Positions 31,733 through 42,880 of a DNA stretch of 64,000 bases are shown here, one piece after another. Origin of the DNA: Pseudolabrys sp. (GTDB lineage Bacteria; Pseudomonadota; Alphaproteobacteria; Rhizobiales; Xanthobacteraceae); assembly GCF_050185995.1 (NCBI RefSeq), contig NZ_JBFWYW010000005.1, one strand, 5' to 3'. Numbering within the stretch: position 1 is the stretch's first letter; every line of letters starts with the position of its first letter. The notes under the pieces were generated by a model, which saw only the letters and a program-made list of their open reading frames with translations, had not been told where the DNA came from and ran no database searches. Both the position numbers and the translations under genes were made by a program.

Positions 31733-34033
31733 ATGGCGCCGGGGGACAGGGTGCGCGACGGCGCGCGCGCGAAAGCACGCGCGCTCGCCGCAGGCGTGGA
31801 CGCCGCACGACGGCGTGCCGGCGGCGCTTTGCCTGCCGGGCTTCTGCTTGCGTTGCAGCGATGGCGCGAAGTGCTGGCGCAGTATCTCGCGGCGGAATTC
31901 GCGCCGGGCCGCCTGGTGCCGTGGATGCCGGTCGCCTTCGGCATCGGCATCATCGGCTATTTTACCGCGCCGCGTGAGCCGCTGTGGCCGGCAACCGCGG
32001 CTCTCGCTGTCGTGCTCGCCTTCGCTGCGTTCCTCGTGCGTCGGCGGTTCATCGCGTTTGCGGGCGCGCTGACGGCGGCTGCGATCGCCACCGGGTTTGC
32101 CGTTGCGACAATCAAGACCGCGCTGATCGCGCATCCGGTGCTCGACTATCCTGTCTTCGGCGCTGCGGTCACCGGCTTCGTCGAAATCCGCGAGGAGCGG
32201 GCGCGCAGCGATCGTATCGTCGTGCGCGTCGCGTCGATGAGCGGTGAGCGGCTGCGCGTCAAGCCGGAGCGCGTGCGCGTTGCAGTCCGCAAGGGTCATG
32301 CGCCGGCGGTTGGCGATTACGTGAGCTTCAAGGCGCGTCTCACGCCGCCGTTGCAGCCATTGCGTCCCGGCGGCTACGACTTCGCGCGCGACATGTATTT
32401 CCAGCGCATCGGCGCTTCGGGTTATGTGCTGGGGGCCATCGCGACACAGCCGGCACCGGGCGCGCGCGGTTTCTGGCTGTCCTATCGCAGCGCGATCGAA
32501 ATGATGCGCGAGACGATCGACGATCGCATTCGCGCCGTGCTGCCCGGCGACACCGGCTCGATTGCCTCGGCGCTCATTACCGGCAAACGCGACGCGATCA
32601 CGCAACCCGTCAACGACGCGATGTATGTGTCGAGCCTCGCGCATGTTCTGTCGATCTCCGGCTACCACATGGCGGTGGTCGCCGGCATCGTGTTCTTCGT
32701 GATCCGTGCCGGCTTTGCACTGAGCGCTGCCGCCGCGACCCGCCATCCAATCAAGAAATGGGCGGCGGCCGCCGCGCTGGTTGCCGCGACGTTCTATCTG
32801 CTGCTGTCGGGCGCGGAGGTCGCGACGCAGCGCTCCTACATCATGGTCGCGATCGTGCTGATCGGCGTGATGGCCGACCGGCCGGCGCTGACGTTCCGCA
32901 CGCTCGCGGTCGCCGCCTGTGCGGTGATGCTGCTGACGCCCGAGGCCGTGGTGCATCCGAGCTTCCAGATGTCGTTTGCCGCGACGCTCGCGCTCATCGC
33001 CGCTTACCGCAATGGGCTGCCGTGGCGTGCCGACGCCGACACGTCGGCCGGCGCGCGCCTCGCGCTGTGGGGCGGACGCGAGATTGCCGGGCTGGTGATC
33101 GCCTCGCTGGTGGCGGGCCTCGCCACCACGCCTTACGCGGCGTTCCATTTCCATCGCCTCGCGCCCTATGGCGTGCTGGCGAACCTCGCCGCCATGCCGG
33201 TCGTCTCGGCCTGGGTGATGCCGATGGGTATCCTCGGCACGCTGGCGATGCCGTTCGGCTTCGACGGCCTGTTCTGGCCGCTGATGGGTGCCGGCATCGA
33301 CTGGATGGTGACGGTCGCCCTGTGGGTCGCGGCGTTGCCGGGCGCGGTGGGGCACATCCACGCCTTCGGCATCGGGCCGTTGCTGCTGGCGACCGCCGGG
33401 CTGCTGCTGATCGCCATGCTGCGGACACCGCTGCGCTGGAGCGGGGCGGGACTCGCGCTTCTGGCCTGCCTCTGGGTTTACGTCACGCCGAAACCGGATC
33501 TGCTGGTGTCGGCCGACGGGCAAACGGCGGCACTCCGGCAGGCCGACGGCCGGCTCGCCGTTCTCCACGCCGGCCGTGACAATTTCGCCTTGCGCGACTG
33601 GCTCGCCGCCGACGGCGATAGCCGGACCGTCAAGGACGACACCCTGAAGGCGGGTGTCCGCTGCGATCCTGTCGGCTGCACCGGTCCTTTCGCGAACGGC
33701 AGGGTCGCCGCATTCAGCGAGACAATCGAGGCGCTTGCGGAGGATTGTTCACGTGCCGCAGTGATCGTGACGCCGCGCGAGGCTCCTGCGACATGCAAGG
33801 GCATGCTGATCGACCGTGGTGTCTGGCGAGCCCACGGCGCCAGTGCGTTGCGCTGGACCTCCGCTGGCAAGGGGAGCGCCGCCATCGTCGAATGGGCGCG
33901 CCCGGCGGGCGAGGCGCGGCCCTGGAGCGGCCTGCGGGTGCAGGCGACCGCAACTGCGCCGTCGCCGGCGAAGCGGCGGCCGGCGCAGCGCGATGCCACG
34001 CCGCCGGACGGCGCGCGCGAGGCCGACGATTAG
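31733..34033 (+). CDS. comEC: ComEC/Rec2 family DNA-uptake channel
   Basis: OB-like domain (PLRPGGYDFAR), Competence domain HVLSISGYHM, ATQRSYIM, PSFQMSFAAT and TTPYAAFHF; start uncertain (31712 or 31733). Confidence 0.9.
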   Translation: MAPGDRVRDGARAKARALAAGVDAARRRAGGALPAGLLLALQRWREVLAQYLAAEFAPGRLVPWMPVAFGIGIIGYFTAPREPLWPATAALAVVLAFAAFLVRRRFIAFAGALTAAAIATGFAVATIKTALIAHPVLDYPVFGAAVTGFVEIREERARSDRIVVRVASMSGERLRVKPERVRVAVRKGHAPAVGDYVSFKARLTPPLQPLRPGGYDFARDMYFQRIGASGYVLGAIATQPAPGARGFWLSYRSAIEMMRETIDDRIRAVLPGDTGSIASALITGKRDAITQPVNDAMYVSSLAHVLSISGYHMAVVAGIVFFVIRAGFALSAAAATRHPIKKWAAAAALVAATFYLLLSGAEVATQRSYIMVAIVLIGVMADRPALTFRTLAVAACAVMLLTPEAVVHPSFQMSFAATLALIAAYRNGLPWRADADTSAGARLALWGGREIAGLVIASLVAGLATTPYAAFHFHRLAPYGVLANLAAMPVVSAWVMPMGILGTLAMPFGFDGLFWPLMGAGIDWMVTVALWVAALPGAVGHIHAFGIGPLLLATAGLLLIAMLRTPLRWSGAGLALLACLWVYVTPKPDLLVSADGQTAALRQADGRLAVLHAGRDNFALRDWLAADGDSRTVKDDTLKAGVRCDPVGCTGPFANGRVAAFSETIEALAEDCSRAAVIVTPREAPATCKGMLIDRGVWRAHGASALRWTSAGKGSAAIVEWARPAGEARPWSGLRVQATATAPSPAKRRPAQRDATPPDGAREADD

Positions 34034-34045
34034 GCTGGAACGGTC

Positions 34046-34759
34046 TCAGTAGCGCCGGAACAGGCCGACAAGCCGGCCCTGAATGCGGACCCGGTTCGGC
34101 GGCAGGATACGCACCTCATAGGCGCTGTTGGCCGGCTCGAGTGCGATGGAGGCGCCGCGGCGGCGGAACCGCTTGAGGGTGGCTTCCTCGTCGTCGATCA
34201 GCGCCACCACGATGTCGCCGGTGTCGGCGGCGTCGCTGCGGCGGATCAGGGCGATATCGCCGTCGAGAATGCCGGCCTCGATCATCGAGTCGCCGCGCAC
34301 TTCGAGGGCGAAATGCTCGCCGGTCGAGAGGAGGTCCGGCGGCACGTTGATGGTGTGGCTGCGGGTCTGGATCGCCTCGATCGGCGTGCCGGCGGCGATG
34401 CGGCCCATGACGGGCACGGCAATCGGGTGCCCGGCGCTGCCGCCGTCATCGTCGGCGGCCACCGCACGGACGCGGCCGAGGTCGCCCTCGATGACACTCG
34501 GCGTGAAGCCGCGGCTGCGCCCGGAGCCAAGCCCATGGGCGACCGAATCGGGCAGCTTGATCACTTCGATGGCGCGGGCGCGGTTGGGCAGGCGGCGGAT
34601 GAAGCCGCGCTCCTCCAGCGCCGTAATCAGCCGGTGGATGCCGGATTTCGACCGCAGATCGAGCGCGTCCTTCATCTCGTCGAACGAGGGGGGGACGCCG
34701 GTTTCCGTCAGCCTCTCGTGCAGGAAACGCAGAAGCTCGAACTGTTTGCGGGTCAGCAT
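34046..34759 (-). CDS. lexA: SOS repressor LexA
   Basis: [23 protein letters not shown] cleavage site in RIAAG, catalytic Ser in GDSM and Lys in ATLKR; start moved to ATG 34759. Confidence 0.96.
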   Translation of the reverse strand: MLTRKQFELLRFLHERLTETGVPPSFDEMKDALDLRSKSGIHRLITALEERGFIRRLPNRARAIEVIKLPDSVAHGLGSGRSRGFTPSVIEGDLGRVRAVAADDDGGSAGHPIAVPVMGRIAAGTPIEAIQTRSHTINVPPDLLSTGEHFALEVRGDSMIEAGILDGDIALIRRSDAADTGDIVVALIDDEEATLKRFRRRGASIALEPANSAYEVRILPPNRVRIQGRLVGLFRRY

Positions 34760-34813
34760 GGATTTCCTCGGATTTCCCCAGTTCCGGCCCCGCGCATCCC
34801 ACGCATCGGCCAG

Positions 34814-34859
34814 AAACAAATCATGAACGGACACTATCCGTTCCAGTTGTGTTCCGCAA
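34814..34859 (-). promoter_or_regulatory. lexA promoter with autoregulatory LexA boxes
   Basis: Perfect GTTC-N7-GTTC 34840-34854 and near-match AAAC-N7-GAAC 34814-34828. Minus strand TTGCGG (34859-34854), 17 nt, TAGTGT (34836-34831). Confidence 0.85.
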
Positions 34860-34893
34860 CCGATTAATTTGAAGTGAACAATGCGAACGGCCG

Positions 34894-36105
34894 CTAAAGG
34901 CCGAACTTAAGGATGACGCAGGGCGAGCCGGCCTTCGCCGCCGGCGCACGCACCTCGCGAATCAACAGGCAGTCCGCCACGGCCAGTGGCGCCATCAGCG
35001 AGCTGTCCTGGTTCGCCAGCGGCGTCGCGACCGGGACGCCATCCGGGCCTTCGCTCAGCGTCGCGCGCAGGTAGTCGGCGCGTTCGTCGTTCTCCGGCAT
35101 GTCGCGGCCGAGCACCGCCGCTTGCGGGGCATGGATGACGTCGCGGCGGCCGGCGAGGCGGCGCATCAGCGGCACCAGGAACAGGAACGAGCACACGTAG
35201 GACGACACCGGATTGCCCGGCACGCCGAGCACCTGCATGGGGCCGAGCTTGCCGTGCATCATCGGGCGGCCGGGGCGCAGTGCGACGCGCCAGAACGACA
35301 GGTCCATGCCCTCGGCGGTCAGCGCCTTCTGGACGAGGTCGTGCTCGCCGACCGATGCGCCGCCGGAGGTGAGCAGGATATCGGCGCCGGCGTCGCGGGC
35401 GCGACGGATCGCGGCGCCGATGGCGTCGAGGCTGTCCCGCGCGATGCCGAGTTCGATTGCCTCGCAGCCTTCGGAGCGCACCAGCGCGGCGAGCGCAAAG
35501 CCATTCGAATAGACGATCTCGCCGGGCTTCGGCGCCTGGCCGGGCGGCACCAGTTCGTCGCCAGTGCCGAGCACGGCGACCTTCGGCCGGCGCACCACCT
35601 TCACCGCCGGATAGTTCATCGCGGCGGCGAGCATCAGGTCGCGGTCGGTGAGGCGGCGGCCCTTGGCGAGCAGGACGTCACCTTCGCGGAAGTCGATCGC
35701 GGCAGGGCGGACATGGCGGCCGGTCTTGATGGCGAGCTTGATCAGAACCTTGTCGCCGTCGCGGCCGGTGTCTTCCTGAATGACGACGGTATTGCTGCCC
35801 GCCGGCATCACGCCGCCGGTGAAGATGCGCGCGGCTTGGCCCGGACCGACGTGGCCTGCGAACGGGTGGCCGGCGGCGACTTCGCCAATCACGTCAAGCG
35901 TGACCGGCGCCTGCGCGATATCCGCGCCGCGCACGGCATAGCCGTCCATCGCGGAAAGCGCCGCCGGCGGCTGGGTTCGTTTGGCGACGAGATCCTGCGC
36001 CAGTACGCAGCCGAGCGCATCCGACAGCGGAACGTCATGCGCGGGCAGCGGCGCGGCGTCCGCGAGAACCTGTTTCAGCGCCTCTGCGACCGGCATCAGC
36101 GCCAT
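34894..36105 (-). CDS. moeA: Molybdopterin molybdotransferase MoeA
   Basis: [28 protein letters not shown] and GVPGNPVS. Confidence 0.95.
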   Translation of the reverse strand: MALMPVAEALKQVLADAAPLPAHDVPLSDALGCVLAQDLVAKRTQPPAALSAMDGYAVRGADIAQAPVTLDVIGEVAAGHPFAGHVGPGQAARIFTGGVMPAGSNTVVIQEDTGRDGDKVLIKLAIKTGRHVRPAAIDFREGDVLLAKGRRLTDRDLMLAAAMNYPAVKVVRRPKVAVLGTGDELVPPGQAPKPGEIVYSNGFALAALVRSEGCEAIELGIARDSLDAIGAAIRRARDAGADILLTSGGASVGEHDLVQKALTAEGMDLSFWRVALRPGRPMMHGKLGPMQVLGVPGNPVSSYVCSFLFLVPLMRRLAGRRDVIHAPQAAVLGRDMPENDERADYLRATLSEGPDGVPVATPLANQDSSLMAPLAVADCLLIREVRAPAAKAGSPCVILKFGL

Positions 36106-36108
36106 CGT

Positions 36109-36651
36109 TTAGCCCTTCGCGCGGTAATGGCCGGACTTGTAGTGTCCAGACTTGCCGCCGAGCTTTTCGATCAGGCGGATGCCCTCGATCCGCATGCCGC
36201 GCTCGACCGCCTTGACCATGTCGTAGATCGTCAGACACGCGACCGACACCGCGGTCAGTGCCTCCATCTCGACGCCGGTCGGGCCTTTCACCTTCACGGT
36301 CGCACGCACGGTCAGGCCGGTGAATCTGCGGTCCGGCGCGATCTCGACGGTGACCTTGGACAGCGCCAGCGGGTGGCAAAGCGGGATCAGCTCATGCGTC
36401 CGCTTGGCCGCCATGATGCCGGCAAGCCGCGCCGCGCCGAGCACGTCGCCTTTCTTGGCGTTGCCCTTGAGCACCAGCGAGAGCGTCGGCTTCGCCATCG
36501 TGACGCGGCCTTCCGCGACCGCGACGCGCTCGGTCGGCGATTTGGCGGAGACGTCGACCATGTGGGCTTCGCCGGTCGCGCCGATATGGGTCAGGCGCTG
36601 TCGCGCCGGGCGCTTCGAGGTTTTCCTGGTCGCCCGCTTTGCCACCGGCAT
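36109..36651 (-). CDS. moaC: Cyclic pyranopterin monophosphate synthase MoaC
   Basis: [27 protein letters not shown] and IYDMVKA; start ATG 36651 or GTG 36660. Confidence 0.95.
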   Translation of the reverse strand: MPVAKRATRKTSKRPARQRLTHIGATGEAHMVDVSAKSPTERVAVAEGRVTMAKPTLSLVLKGNAKKGDVLGAARLAGIMAAKRTHELIPLCHPLALSKVTVEIAPDRRFTGLTVRATVKVKGPTGVEMEALTAVSVACLTIYDMVKAVERGMRIEGIRLIEKLGGKSGHYKSGHYRAKG

Positions 36652-36656
36652 CGGCC

Positions 36657-37457
36657 TCACGGTGCCGCGCGGGTGAGGATGGCGCGGATCGCCGCCGTCA
36701 CGTCCGGCTGGCGCATCAGGCTTTCGCCGATCAGGAAAGTCGACATGCCGACCCTGGCGAGCCGGGCGAGGTCGGCCGGGGTGTTGATGCCGCTTTCGCC
36801 GACGGCGATGCGGTCGCGCGGGATTTTCGGCGCCAGCCGCTCGCTGGTTTCGAGCGCCGTGACGAAAGTCCGCAGATTGCGGTTGTTGACGCCGATCAGC
36901 GGCGATTTCAGGCGCATGGCCCGCTCAAGTTCAACTTCATCATGAACTTCAATAAGCGCGTCCATGCCATATTCGAACGCTGTGCTTTCGATCTCGGCAG
37001 CCGCGGCGTCATCGAGCGAGGCCATGATGATCAGGATGCAATCCGCCCCCAGCGCCCGGGATTCGACCACCTGATAGGGCTCGTAGATGAAATCCTTGCG
37101 CAGCGCCGGCAGCGCTGTGGCGTTGCGCGCCGCGCCGAGGAATTCAGGCTTGCCCTGGAATGACGGCGCGTCCGTCAGCACCGAGAGACAGGTCGCGCCG
37201 CCGGCCTCGTAAGCCTTCGCGAGCGTCGGCGGATCGAAATCGGCCCGGATCAGGCCTTTGGAGGGGCTTGCCTTCTTGATCTCCGCGATCAGCGCATAGT
37301 CGCCGGCCGAAACCTTCTTCTCGATCGCCTTGGCGAAACCGCGCGGCGGTGCGGCGGTTTTGGCGTCACGCTCGAGAGCGCCGAGCGGGCGAACGCGCTT
37401 GGCCGCCGCGATTTCCTCGCGCTTGTAAGCTTCGATCTTGGTGAGAATGTCCGACAT
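36657..37457 (-). CDS. trpC: Indole-3-glycerol phosphate synthase
   Basis: [30 protein letters not shown] and VGESGI. Confidence 0.96.
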   Translation of the reverse strand: MSDILTKIEAYKREEIAAAKRVRPLGALERDAKTAAPPRGFAKAIEKKVSAGDYALIAEIKKASPSKGLIRADFDPPTLAKAYEAGGATCLSVLTDAPSFQGKPEFLGAARNATALPALRKDFIYEPYQVVESRALGADCILIIMASLDDAAAAEIESTAFEYGMDALIEVHDEVELERAMRLKSPLIGVNNRNLRTFVTALETSERLAPKIPRDRIAVGESGINTPADLARLARVGMSTFLIGESLMRQPDVTAAIRAILTRAAP

Positions 37458-38500
37458 CAGGCGTCCTGCACCGGCTCTTTGGCGTTCGAAACCGCGATCA
37501 GGCGGTCGAGCCGGCCTTCGGCTTCGCCTGAATCGACCGCCTTTGCGGCAAGCACCATGCCGTCATTCAAATCCTTCGCCTTGCCGGCAATGATCAGCGC
37601 CGCGGCGGCATTGAACAGCGCGATGTCGCGCAGCGCGGTCTTCTTGCCCTTGAGCACGTCGAACAGCGCGCGGGCATTGGTGTCGGCGTCCGCGCCGCGC
37701 AGCTTGTCGGCGGTGACGCGGGGCAGGCCGACGTCCTCCGGCGCAATCTCGAAGCTGCGGATCTTGCCGTTCTCGAGCGCGCAGACGCTGGTCGTTCCGG
37801 TCGTGGTGATCTCGTCGAGCCCGTCGGACCCATGCACGACCCAGACCGCTTCCGAGCCGAGGTTCTTCAGCACCTGCGCCATCGGCTCGATCCACTGTTT
37901 GGAGAATGCGCCGGTCATCTGCCGCTTGACGCTTGCCGGGTTCGACAGCGGTCCGAGCAGGTTGAAGATGGTGCGGGTGGCCAGTTCGACGCGGGTGGGG
38001 CCGACATTCTTCATCGCCGGGTGATGCGCCGGCGCGAACATGAACCCGATGCCGGCATCGCGAATGCAGCGCGCGACCGCTTCGCCGGCGAGATCGACAT
38101 TGACGCCGAGCGCGGCCAGCACGTCGGCCGAGCCCGATTTCGACGACAGCGCACGATTGCCGTGCTTGGCGACCGGTACGCCGGCGCCGGCGACGATGAA
38201 AGCCGCGCAGGTCGAAACATTAAAGGAGCCGGAGGCGTCTCCGCCGGTGCCGACCACGTCGATCGCGTCGGGCGGCGCTGCGACACGCACCATCTTGGCG
38301 CGCATGGTGGTGACCGCGCCGGTGATCTCGTCGACCGTCTCGCCGCGCACACGCAGGCCCATCAGCAGGCCGCCCATCTGCGAGGGCGTCGCTTCGCCCG
38401 ACATCATGCGGTCGAATACGAAGGTCGCTTCGTCGCGGGTCAGCGCCGCGCCGGTCGCCACCTTGCCGATCAGCGCGCGGAATTGATCGCTCTCGTTCAT
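37457..38500 (-). CDS. trpD: Anthranilate phosphoribosyltransferase
   Basis: [37 protein letters not shown] and DGLDE; start moved to ATG 38500. Confidence 0.96.
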   Translation of the reverse strand: MNESDQFRALIGKVATGAALTRDEATFVFDRMMSGEATPSQMGGLLMGLRVRGETVDEITGAVTTMRAKMVRVAAPPDAIDVVGTGGDASGSFNVSTCAAFIVAGAGVPVAKHGNRALSSKSGSADVLAALGVNVDLAGEAVARCIRDAGIGFMFAPAHHPAMKNVGPTRVELATRTIFNLLGPLSNPASVKRQMTGAFSKQWIEPMAQVLKNLGSEAVWVVHGSDGLDEITTTGTTSVCALENGKIRSFEIAPEDVGLPRVTADKLRGADADTNARALFDVLKGKKTALRDIALFNAAAALIIAGKAKDLNDGMVLAAKAVDSGEAEGRLDRLIAVSNAKEPVQDA

Positions 38501-38511
38501 GGACAGCGCTC

Positions 38512-39147
38512 TCAGGCCGTTGCGCGCGCGGGCGCGGCGTTCGTTGACGAGGTGCGGCGGCCGTGCGCGGTGTTCCACGCCGTGGCGATGTCGAGGAAGT
38601 TCTTCAGGATCAGGTGGCCATGCTCGGAGGCGATGCTTTCGGGATGGAACTGCACGCCGTGCAGCGGCCGGGATTTATGCGCCACGCCCATCGTCACCTT
38701 GTCTTCGGTCTCGGCGTTGACGGCGAGGTCCGCCGGCATGGTGGCGCGGTCGACGATCAGCGAGTGATAGCGGGTCGCCTGAAACGGCGCATTGATGCCG
38801 CGAAACACGCCGGTGCCGTCGGTGCGGATCGCCGAGGTCTTGCCATGCACCTGCTCGGGCGCGCGCACTACCTTGCCGCCGAGTGCCTGACCGATCGCCT
38901 GATGGCCGAGGCAAACGCCGAGGACCGGGATCGTCGCCGACGCTTTGGCGACGAGATCGAGACAGATGCCGGCTTCGTTCGGCGTGCAGGGGCCGGGCGA
39001 CAGCACGATCGCTTCGGGCGCCGAGGCGATCACGTCCTCGCTCGTCACCTTGTCGTTGCGGCGCACGACGACCTCCGCTCCAAGCCCGCCCAGGTAATGG
39101 ACGAGGTTGAAGGTGAAACTGTCGTAGTTGTCGATCAGGACGATCAT
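38512..39147 (-). CDS. trpG: Anthranilate synthase component II (glutamine amidotransferase)
   Basis: [25 protein letters not shown] and GVQFHPESI. Confidence 0.95.
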   Translation of the reverse strand: MIVLIDNYDSFTFNLVHYLGGLGAEVVVRRNDKVTSEDVIASAPEAIVLSPGPCTPNEAGICLDLVAKASATIPVLGVCLGHQAIGQALGGKVVRAPEQVHGKTSAIRTDGTGVFRGINAPFQATRYHSLIVDRATMPADLAVNAETEDKVTMGVAHKSRPLHGVQFHPESIASEHGHLILKNFLDIATAWNTAHGRRTSSTNAAPARATA

Positions 39148-39230
39148 CGCCGCTTCGGTCGCATCTTTGTCTGCCCGCTCAAGGGTTTAGACGGCCCGGC
39201 GGCGCAGGGTCAAGGCGGCAGGAACGGGGC

Positions 39231-40748
39231 TTACTGGCCGCGCCTGGCGGCGCTGGCAAAACGGCGGGCCTCCTCGGCCGCGCGGAACAGGGCCTTGGCC
39301 TTGTTGACACATTCCTGCTGCTCGAAATCGGGATTGCTGTCGGCGACCACGCCGGCGCCGGCCTGCACGTACATCCTGCCGTCCTTCACCAGCGCGGTGC
39401 GCAGCACGATGCAGGTGTCCATTGTGCCGGCGGCGGAGAAATAGCCGACGCAGCCGGCGTAAAGGCCACGCTTCTCCGTCTCCAGCTCGTCGATGATCTC
39501 CATCGCCCGCACCTTGGGCGCGCCGGACACCGTGCCGGCCGGGAAGCCCGCGGCGAGTGCGGTCAGCGCATCCTGTCCGGCGGCGAGCCTGCCGACCACG
39601 TTCGAGACGATGTGCATGACGTGGCTGTAGCGCTCGATGAAGAAGCGGTCGGTGACGTTCACCGTACCGATCTCCGCGACCCGGCCGACATCGTTGCGGC
39701 CGAGATCGAGCAGCATCAGATGTTCGGCGCGTTCCTTCGGGTCGGCCAGCAACTCGTCCTCGAGCGCCTTGTCTTCGTGCGGTGTCGCGCCGCGCGGCCG
39801 CGTGCCGGCGATGGGACGGATCGTCACCGTGCCGTCCGCGACCTTGACCAGAATTTCCGGGCTCGATCCGGCGACCGCATAGGAGCCGTAATCGAGATAA
39901 TAGAGATAGGGCGACGGGTTGGTTCGCCGCAGTGCGCGATAGAGCGAGAAGGCCGGAAGTTTGAACTCGGCCTCGAACCGTTGCGAGAGCACCACCTGGA
40001 AGATATCGCCGGCCGCGATGTAGTCCTTGGCCTTGAAAACCATCGCCTTGAACTCGTCCGGCGTCGTATTCGAGGCGATGGCTGCGTCGATTGCGCCTGC
40101 ATCGGTGTCGGCCAGCGACTTGTCGAGCGGCCGGTCGAGGCTGTCGACCACGCTCGAAAGCCGCTCCACCGCGCGGGCGAGCGCGGCCTTCGCGCCGACG
40201 CCGCCTTCCGGCCGCACCGGCGTGACGACCGTGATCGAGTCCTTCACCGCGTCGAACACCACCACGAGCGTTGGGCGGATCATCACCGCTTCGGGAATGC
40301 CGATGGCGTCCGGATTGGGCGCGGGCAGCTCTTCCATCTGCCGCACCATGTCGTAGCCGAGATAGCCGAACACGCCGGCGGAGGGCGGTGGCAAACCGTC
40401 GGGCAGCGCGATGCGGCTTTCCGCAATGAACGCGCGCAGCGCGTCGAGCGGCGGTTGCGGGCAGGGCGTGAAGGCGTCGGAGTTGTTACGCGCATCGCGG
40501 TTGATCTCGGCCTTGCCGTCCCGCGCGCGCCAGACGACATCCGGATCGAGGCCGATGATCGAATGGCGACCGCGCACCGCGCCGCCTTCGACGGACTCCA
40601 GCAGAAAACTCATCGGCCGGCCGCTGGCGATCTTGAGGAATGCCGAGACCGGCGTTTCAAGGTCGGCGACCAGCGTCGTCCACACGACCTGCGCTTCGCC
40701 GCGCGCGTAACGTTCGGCGAAAACCGTTTCGGACGGCTCGATCTGCAT
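39231..40748 (-). CDS. trpE: Anthranilate synthase component I
   Basis: LVADLETPVS, FLLESVEGG, GDIFQVVLSQR, NPSPY, RPIAGTRPRG, EHLMLLDLGRND and PAGTVSGAPK. Confidence 0.96.
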   Translation of the reverse strand: MQIEPSETVFAERYARGEAQVVWTTLVADLETPVSAFLKIASGRPMSFLLESVEGGAVRGRHSIIGLDPDVVWRARDGKAEINRDARNNSDAFTPCPQPPLDALRAFIAESRIALPDGLPPPSAGVFGYLGYDMVRQMEELPAPNPDAIGIPEAVMIRPTLVVVFDAVKDSITVVTPVRPEGGVGAKAALARAVERLSSVVDSLDRPLDKSLADTDAGAIDAAIASNTTPDEFKAMVFKAKDYIAAGDIFQVVLSQRFEAEFKLPAFSLYRALRRTNPSPYLYYLDYGSYAVAGSSPEILVKVADGTVTIRPIAGTRPRGATPHEDKALEDELLADPKERAEHLMLLDLGRNDVGRVAEIGTVNVTDRFFIERYSHVMHIVSNVVGRLAAGQDALTALAAGFPAGTVSGAPKVRAMEIIDELETEKRGLYAGCVGYFSAAGTMDTCIVLRTALVKDGRMYVQAGAGVVADSNPDFEQQECVNKAKALFRAAEEARRFASAARRGQ

Positions 40749-40768
40749 GGCTATCGCGGGCGGACCAC

Positions 40769-42670
40769 CTAGTTGGTGGCTGCGCCGGTCACCTGATTGA
40801 GCGCCTGCTCGTTGATGCGCACGCCGAGGTCTTTCTCGAGCTGGCTGACATACTGATTGACGAGGTCTTCGCTGTAGGCGCCGGCCAGCGCGGTGTCGAT
40901 CGGCTTGATCTGCGCCACGTCGGCCTCCGGCACCGACACGTCGGTGACGGTGAAGACGATCCGCGTATCGGGCTTGTCGCCTTCGCTCGAGCCGGCGCCG
41001 CCCTTGGCGGTCTTGAAGGCCGCGTCGGCGACCTTGGCCGGCACGCCTTCGGCCTGCTTGCCGCGCTGCAAATCCTTGACAGTCGTCACGGTGACGCCGG
41101 CCTCGCTGGCGAGTTGGGAGAGCGGCGTGCCGCTCTTGAGCTTCGTCACCATCTCTTCGGCCCTGGCCTTGAGCTTTTCGGCGATCTCGTTTTCGCGCCA
41201 GCGTGTCTCGACCTGGCCCTTGACCTCGTCGAGCGTGCGGTCGCGCGAGGGCGTCACACCGGCGACGTCGTACCAGAGATAGCCGCCGTTCGGCAGCTGT
41301 ATCGGATCGTTCTCGACGCCGATATCGCTCGCGAAGATGGCGCGGACCAGCTCCGCGCCGCGCGGTAAATCCTTGATCGGCTCGCCCTTGGCGTCGCGGC
41401 CCGAGCGGTCGATCGCCTCGATCGATGTCGCCTTGAGGTTGAGCTTGCGGGCGGCTTCTTCGAGCGTCGAGCCGGCGGCGCGCTCGTCCTCGATCTTGTC
41501 GCGCAGGTTGCCGATTTCGCCGCGCGCTTTTTCTTCGGCGATCTTGCGCTTGATGCTGTCGGCGACGCTTTCATAAGGCTGTTGCACGGCGGGCTCGATC
41601 TTCACCGCCTGCACCAGCACGGTGCCGAAACGGCCCTGAACCGGAGCGCTGACCTCATCGGCCTTGAGTGTGAAGGCGGCGTCCGCGACCGCGGGATCGA
41701 TCACATCCTTCTTGGCGACCAGTCCAATTTCGGTGTCGGCGTCCTTCAGGCCGCGCTCCTTGACGATGTCGGCGAAGCTCGTACCCGCCTTGATGCGGTC
41801 ATAGGCCGCTTGGGCGTCTTCCTTGTTCGGAAACACGATCTGGCGAAGCTGGCGACGTTCCGGTGTGCCGTATTCGTCCTTGCGGGCGTCGTAATATTTG
41901 CGCGCATCGGCGTCCGGCACCGTTTCCCAGCGGGCGACCTCGGCCGGCGTCAGCGAGAGCAGGGTGACCTTGCGCGTCTCCGGCGCACGGAACAGGATTT
42001 TGCGGTCCTCGAAATATTTCTTCAGCGTTTCGTCGTCGGGCTTTGCGATCTCGCCGGCCTGCGCCGCACCGAGCGTGATCATGTCGGCGCTGCGCTTCTC
42101 GTTCTGGAAACGGAAGATCGCTTTCGCGGCGGTGTCCGGCGGCTTGACGTCACCGCTCACCGACAGCGCGATCTGCCGGCGAATGGTGAGCTTGCGCTGC
42201 TCGTTGACGTAGGTGGTTTCGTTGTAGCCCGCGTTGCGGATCATCTGTTCGAAGCGGTTGCGGTCGAACTTTCCGTCCAGGCCGCGGAAGTTCGGGTCGG
42301 CGGTGATGCGGTTGGCGATCTGTGCATCGGAAATACCGAGGCCGAGTGCGCGGGCGCGCTCGTCGAGCGCGGTCTCGGCGACGTACTGGCCGACGATCTG
42401 GCGGTCGAGACCGAGCGCACGCGCCTGCGCGGGCGTCACCGGCCGGCCAAGCTGACGGCCGAGCTGCGTCATGCGCTCGCTGTAGTAGTTGCGGAATTGC
42501 TCGATCGACACCTCGGTGCTGCCGATGGTCGCCAGCGTCGACTGACCGAAGCCGCGGAAAATGTCGCCGATGCCCCACACCGCGAAGCTGATGACGAGCA
42601 GCCCCATGACGACGGTGAGGACGGCCTTGCCGAGCCAGTTGCTGGAGGCCTTCTGAATACCGCGAAGCAT
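40769..42670 (-). CDS. ppiD: PpiD/SurA-like periplasmic folding chaperone (parvulin domain)
   Basis: N-terminal TM anchor GLLVISFAVWGIGD, SurA-N region and rotamase-like segment; start moved to ATG 42670. Confidence 0.85.
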   Translation of the reverse strand: MLRGIQKASSNWLGKAVLTVVMGLLVISFAVWGIGDIFRGFGQSTLATIGSTEVSIEQFRNYYSERMTQLGRQLGRPVTPAQARALGLDRQIVGQYVAETALDERARALGLGISDAQIANRITADPNFRGLDGKFDRNRFEQMIRNAGYNETTYVNEQRKLTIRRQIALSVSGDVKPPDTAAKAIFRFQNEKRSADMITLGAAQAGEIAKPDDETLKKYFEDRKILFRAPETRKVTLLSLTPAEVARWETVPDADARKYYDARKDEYGTPERRQLRQIVFPNKEDAQAAYDRIKAGTSFADIVKERGLKDADTEIGLVAKKDVIDPAVADAAFTLKADEVSAPVQGRFGTVLVQAVKIEPAVQQPYESVADSIKRKIAEEKARGEIGNLRDKIEDERAAGSTLEEAARKLNLKATSIEAIDRSGRDAKGEPIKDLPRGAELVRAIFASDIGVENDPIQLPNGGYLWYDVAGVTPSRDRTLDEVKGQVETRWRENEIAEKLKARAEEMVTKLKSGTPLSQLASEAGVTVTTVKDLQRGKQAEGVPAKVADAAFKTAKGGAGSSEGDKPDTRIVFTVTDVSVPEADVAQIKPIDTALAGAYSEDLVNQYVSQLEKDLGVRINEQALNQVTGAATN

Positions 42671-42880
42671 GAGCGACCGTCGTTCCGTGTTTGATGGAGG
42701 AAAGTGCAATCCGGTCGTGACCGACCGAGGCGGCCGCATCATAGGGACGCGGGAAGCGCCTTGCAACTCGCGGGGCTTAACTAAGATATTGCAATTGAAG
42801 GCGGATTGCCGCTGCCCGCGGGGCTGGCGCGGCTCCGGGCGGTCTGCTAGTCGCGAGGATCAATCGAGGGGGAACGGCTT

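Noticed and set aside
39231-40768. Trp attenuator or leader peptide before trpE
   Set aside because: Only 20 nt separate ppiD and trpE, with no Trp-codon leader; this unfused trpE/trpG arrangement is an ordinary alphaproteobacterial layout.
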